Positions 61,971 to 64,000 of a DNA stretch of 64,000 nt are shown piece after piece. The first letter of the stretch is position 1. Each line of letters begins with the position of its first letter. Position numbers and translations under genes: made by a program. This DNA comes from Treponemataceae bacterium. Its GTDB lineage: Bacteria > Spirochaetota > Spirochaetia > Treponematales > Rectinemataceae. The stretch spans positions 1,216,001-1,280,000 of the forward strand of contig CAXXVZ010000003.1 of assembly GCA_963678065.2 (NCBI GenBank), in the 5' to 3' direction. Under the pieces are notes generated by a model. It worked only from the letters and a program-made list of their open reading frames with translations. It made no database searches and was not told the origin of the DNA.

Positions 61971-63529
61971 AATGGACTGACCGCGTCCACGCAGGCGCAG
62001 TCGCGGAAGAGGGCCTTCCCCTGAACACAGTAGAGACCGAAGAAGACAGCTGTGAACGTCATCCTGTACGTCCCTTCGGTGCACAGGCCGGCGGTCATGC
62101 CCGAGCCGATCTCGCCGGACAGACTGCCGCACTCGTAGAAGAAGCGGTAGCGCTCGCGGTCGGCAGCGATACGCAGGCGAAGGGAGCCAGTCTCCGGGAG
62201 GGGAGCGGACGCGACGATGGCCTCGAGGTCGTGTACCCGCTTTCTGAGGCAGACGACCCGGGAGCGAGAGCGCGCGGTCACGAAGATTTCGTAGTGGTAG
62301 GCGTCGTCGTAGTAGGCCGCGATGCCGGCCTCGGAGCCCTCGCTCTCGGGATGGAACTCGAGGCTGGCCCCGAATGTGCAGTCGAAAGAGGTCTGGGGCC
62401 TCCCGACGAAAGCCGGGGCCGCAGAGGGATCGGAGAGATCCGCCCTCTCGCCCCGGAGGATGAGTCCTCCCTCCGGAGCTATGTCCGCCGTTCCGGGCAG
62501 GCGGGAGCGCACGAAACTCCACTGCCGCGAGAGATCTGGCGGTCCGAAGGCATCGGACCACCCCGGCGCGGGGGAAGCGGGCGAAGGGGAATCGTGGGAA
62601 TTGGAGGAAGCCGGAAAAAGGGGAAGAGGTCCTTCCATCTCGGGATCGATGACCCCCTTCCTGCCCATGACCGGCCAGCCCTCCTCATCCCAGGTCACGG
62701 GGGCGAGAAAGGTCTCTCTTCCGAGATTGTGGAGGAGCGGACCGAGAGGCCTGACGCCGAGGCAGACGAGCCACCAGTTGCCCATCACGTCGTCCACGAT
62801 GTCGGCGTGGCCGACGCACTGGATAGGATGCAAGCCTGAATCGCGGTGGCTCAGGACAGGATTGCGCGGGCAGGCTTCGTAGGGTCCCCATGGAGTCGGG
62901 GCGCGAAAGGCGGTGACCATATGGCCGTACTCCGTGCCTCCCTCCGACATCAGTAGGTAATACATCCCGCCGATCCGGTAGAGATGGGGGCCTTCGGGCC
63001 AGCGTCCGCCCGAGCCTGCGCAGATGTGCCGCGGCCCCTTGGTTATCGCGCCCGAACCGGGGTCGATGACCGAGAGGGCCACCCCGCCGGCCCCGTCGAC
63101 CTCGCCGTTGGAACAGAGGTAGGCGGTTCCGTCTACGTCGAAAAAGAGCGAGGGGTCTATGCCGCCGATTCCGATCCCTCCTGCGCGGATCAGGATCGGA
63201 TCGGACCAGGGCCCCTCGATGCTCGGCGCCGCGATGATGAAGTTCCCTCTACGGTCGACTTCGGTGCAGGTAATATAAAACATTCCCTCCCTGTGCCTGA
63301 TCGTCGGGGCGTAGAGCCCCCGCGAGGCGCCCGTTCCCGCGAGGTCTATCTGCGAGGGACGGGTGATGCCGTGCCCGACGAGCTCCCAGTCGACCAGGTT
63401 CTTCGAGCGCCAAAGGGGGATGCCGGGGAAAAAATGGAAACTCGATGTCGCGAGGTAGAATGTGTCTCCGACCCGGCAGACGCTCGGATCGGGGTGGAAA
63501 CCGGGAAGAACAGGGTTTTGGTAGCGCAT
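61952..63529 (-). CDS. GH43 beta-xylosidase/arabinofuranosidase with C-terminal beta-sandwich
   Basis: NPVLPGFHPDPS, LYAPTIR, IDPSLFFD, EGPHLY, EGGT, GHAD, LGRETFL. Confidence 0.92.
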   Translation of the reverse strand: MRYQNPVLPGFHPDPSVCRVGDTFYLATSSFHFFPGIPLWRSKNLVDWELVGHGITRPSQIDLAGTGASRGLYAPTIRHREGMFYITCTEVDRRGNFIIAAPSIEGPWSDPILIRAGGIGIGGIDPSLFFDVDGTAYLCSNGEVDGAGGVALSVIDPGSGAITKGPRHICAGSGGRWPEGPHLYRIGGMYYLLMSEGGTEYGHMVTAFRAPTPWGPYEACPRNPVLSHRDSGLHPIQCVGHADIVDDVMGNWWLVCLGVRPLGPLLHNLGRETFLAPVTWDEEGWPVMGRKGVIDPEMEGPLPLFPASSNSHDSPSPASPAPGWSDAFGPPDLSRQWSFVRSRLPGTADIAPEGGLILRGERADLSDPSAAPAFVGRPQTSFDCTFGASLEFHPESEGSEAGIAAYYDDAYHYEIFVTARSRSRVVCLRKRVHDLEAIVASAPLPETGSLRLRIAADRERYRFFYECGSLSGEIGSGMTAGLCTEGTYRMTFTAVFFGLYCVQGKALFRDCACVDAVSPLCYPRQ

Positions 63530-63543
63530 GGTGTCCTCGGAGC

Positions 63544-64000
63544 CTATTCCTTGATGGCCCCCGCCAGCGTTCCCTGGATGATCCAGCGGTGACCGAGGAT
63601 GTACAGGAAGACCGTCGGAGCCGCCGAAATGATGGCGGCCGCGGCGTAGCGGGGCATCCTGTCCGTCCCGTAGGCGTTCAGGAAGGAAGCGACACGGAGC
63701 TGCATCGTGAAGTTGTTCTGATTCGAGAGGAGGATGAGGCTGAGAAGATAGTCGCTCCATGCGCCGATGAAGACGAGGAGAACCGCCAGGATCGTGGCTG
63801 GCCGGGCGAGGGGCAGCATGACGCGGAAGAAGGTGCCCGCGTGGCCCGCGCCGTCCATGCGGGCCGCCTCCGCGAGCTCGCCCGGAAGGCTCTTGAAAAA
63901 AGAACGGTAGATAAGGGTCCAGAATGGTATGCCGAAGGCCGCCATGGGAAGGAAAAGACCGTGGAGCGTATCATTCAGCCCGAGGCTCACCTCCATCTTG
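63544..64000 (-). CDS. Carbohydrate ABC transporter permease, C-terminal part (starts beyond the window)
   Basis: LAEAARMDGA, WSDY, GTLAGAIKE. Confidence 0.9.
   Translation of the reverse strand, partial: KMEVSLGLNDTLHGLFLPMAAFGIPFWTLIYRSFFKSLPGELAEAARMDGAGHAGTFFRVMLPLARPATILAVLLVFIGAWSDYLLSLILLSNQNNFTMQLRVASFLNAYGTDRMPRYAAAAIISAAPTVFLYILGHRWIIQGTLAGAIKE

Noticed and set aside
42430..62561. Apparent long N-terminal extensions or fusions (873-aa ABC ATPase, 951-aa kinase; likewise 968-aa ClpB, 410-aa MiaA)
   Set aside because: Extensions overlap upstream genes in another frame or intergenic repeats; downstream starts give normal-length proteins

Overview
High-GC chromosomal segment, most likely from an anaerobic spirochaete (inferred from the infC-rpmI-rplT-zapB-zapA-rpoZ-miaA gene order and the protein sequences; not database-verified). 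1-26 kb is mostly housekeeping: uvrD/rep (partial), miaA, rpoZ, zapAB, rplT, rpmI, infC, fba, tatD, clpB, argR, a KamA radical SAM enzyme, guaA, purA, ybaK, GH57+DUF4912, pcnB, tsaE, tsaB. 26.5-64 kb is a carbohydrate-rich accessory region: (i) a LacI-ABC-GH2 operon next to a tRNA-Met; (ii) a receiver protein plus a REC-PAS-PAS-GAF-HD-GYP protein; (iii) an L-ascorbate-type catabolic cluster (ulaG, ulaE, ulaF/araD, DeoR regulator) that has no PTS and no ulaD in this window but instead a ribose-type ABC importer, an FGGY kinase and an uncharacterised His-motif beta-propeller resembling aldos-2-ulose dehydratase - the best candidate for an undescribed system; (iv) a xyloside locus (GH43, GH52, GH63-like, two ABC systems) with a soluble LacI-sensor/HisKA_3 kinase, a NarL-type regulator and visible candidate activator sites. 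Also seen: several apparently leaderless genes, candidate operator palindromes and 19-26 bp tandem duplications at gene ends. No CRISPR array, integrase, transposase, prophage gene or rRNA was found. All product calls come from motif recognition by eye.
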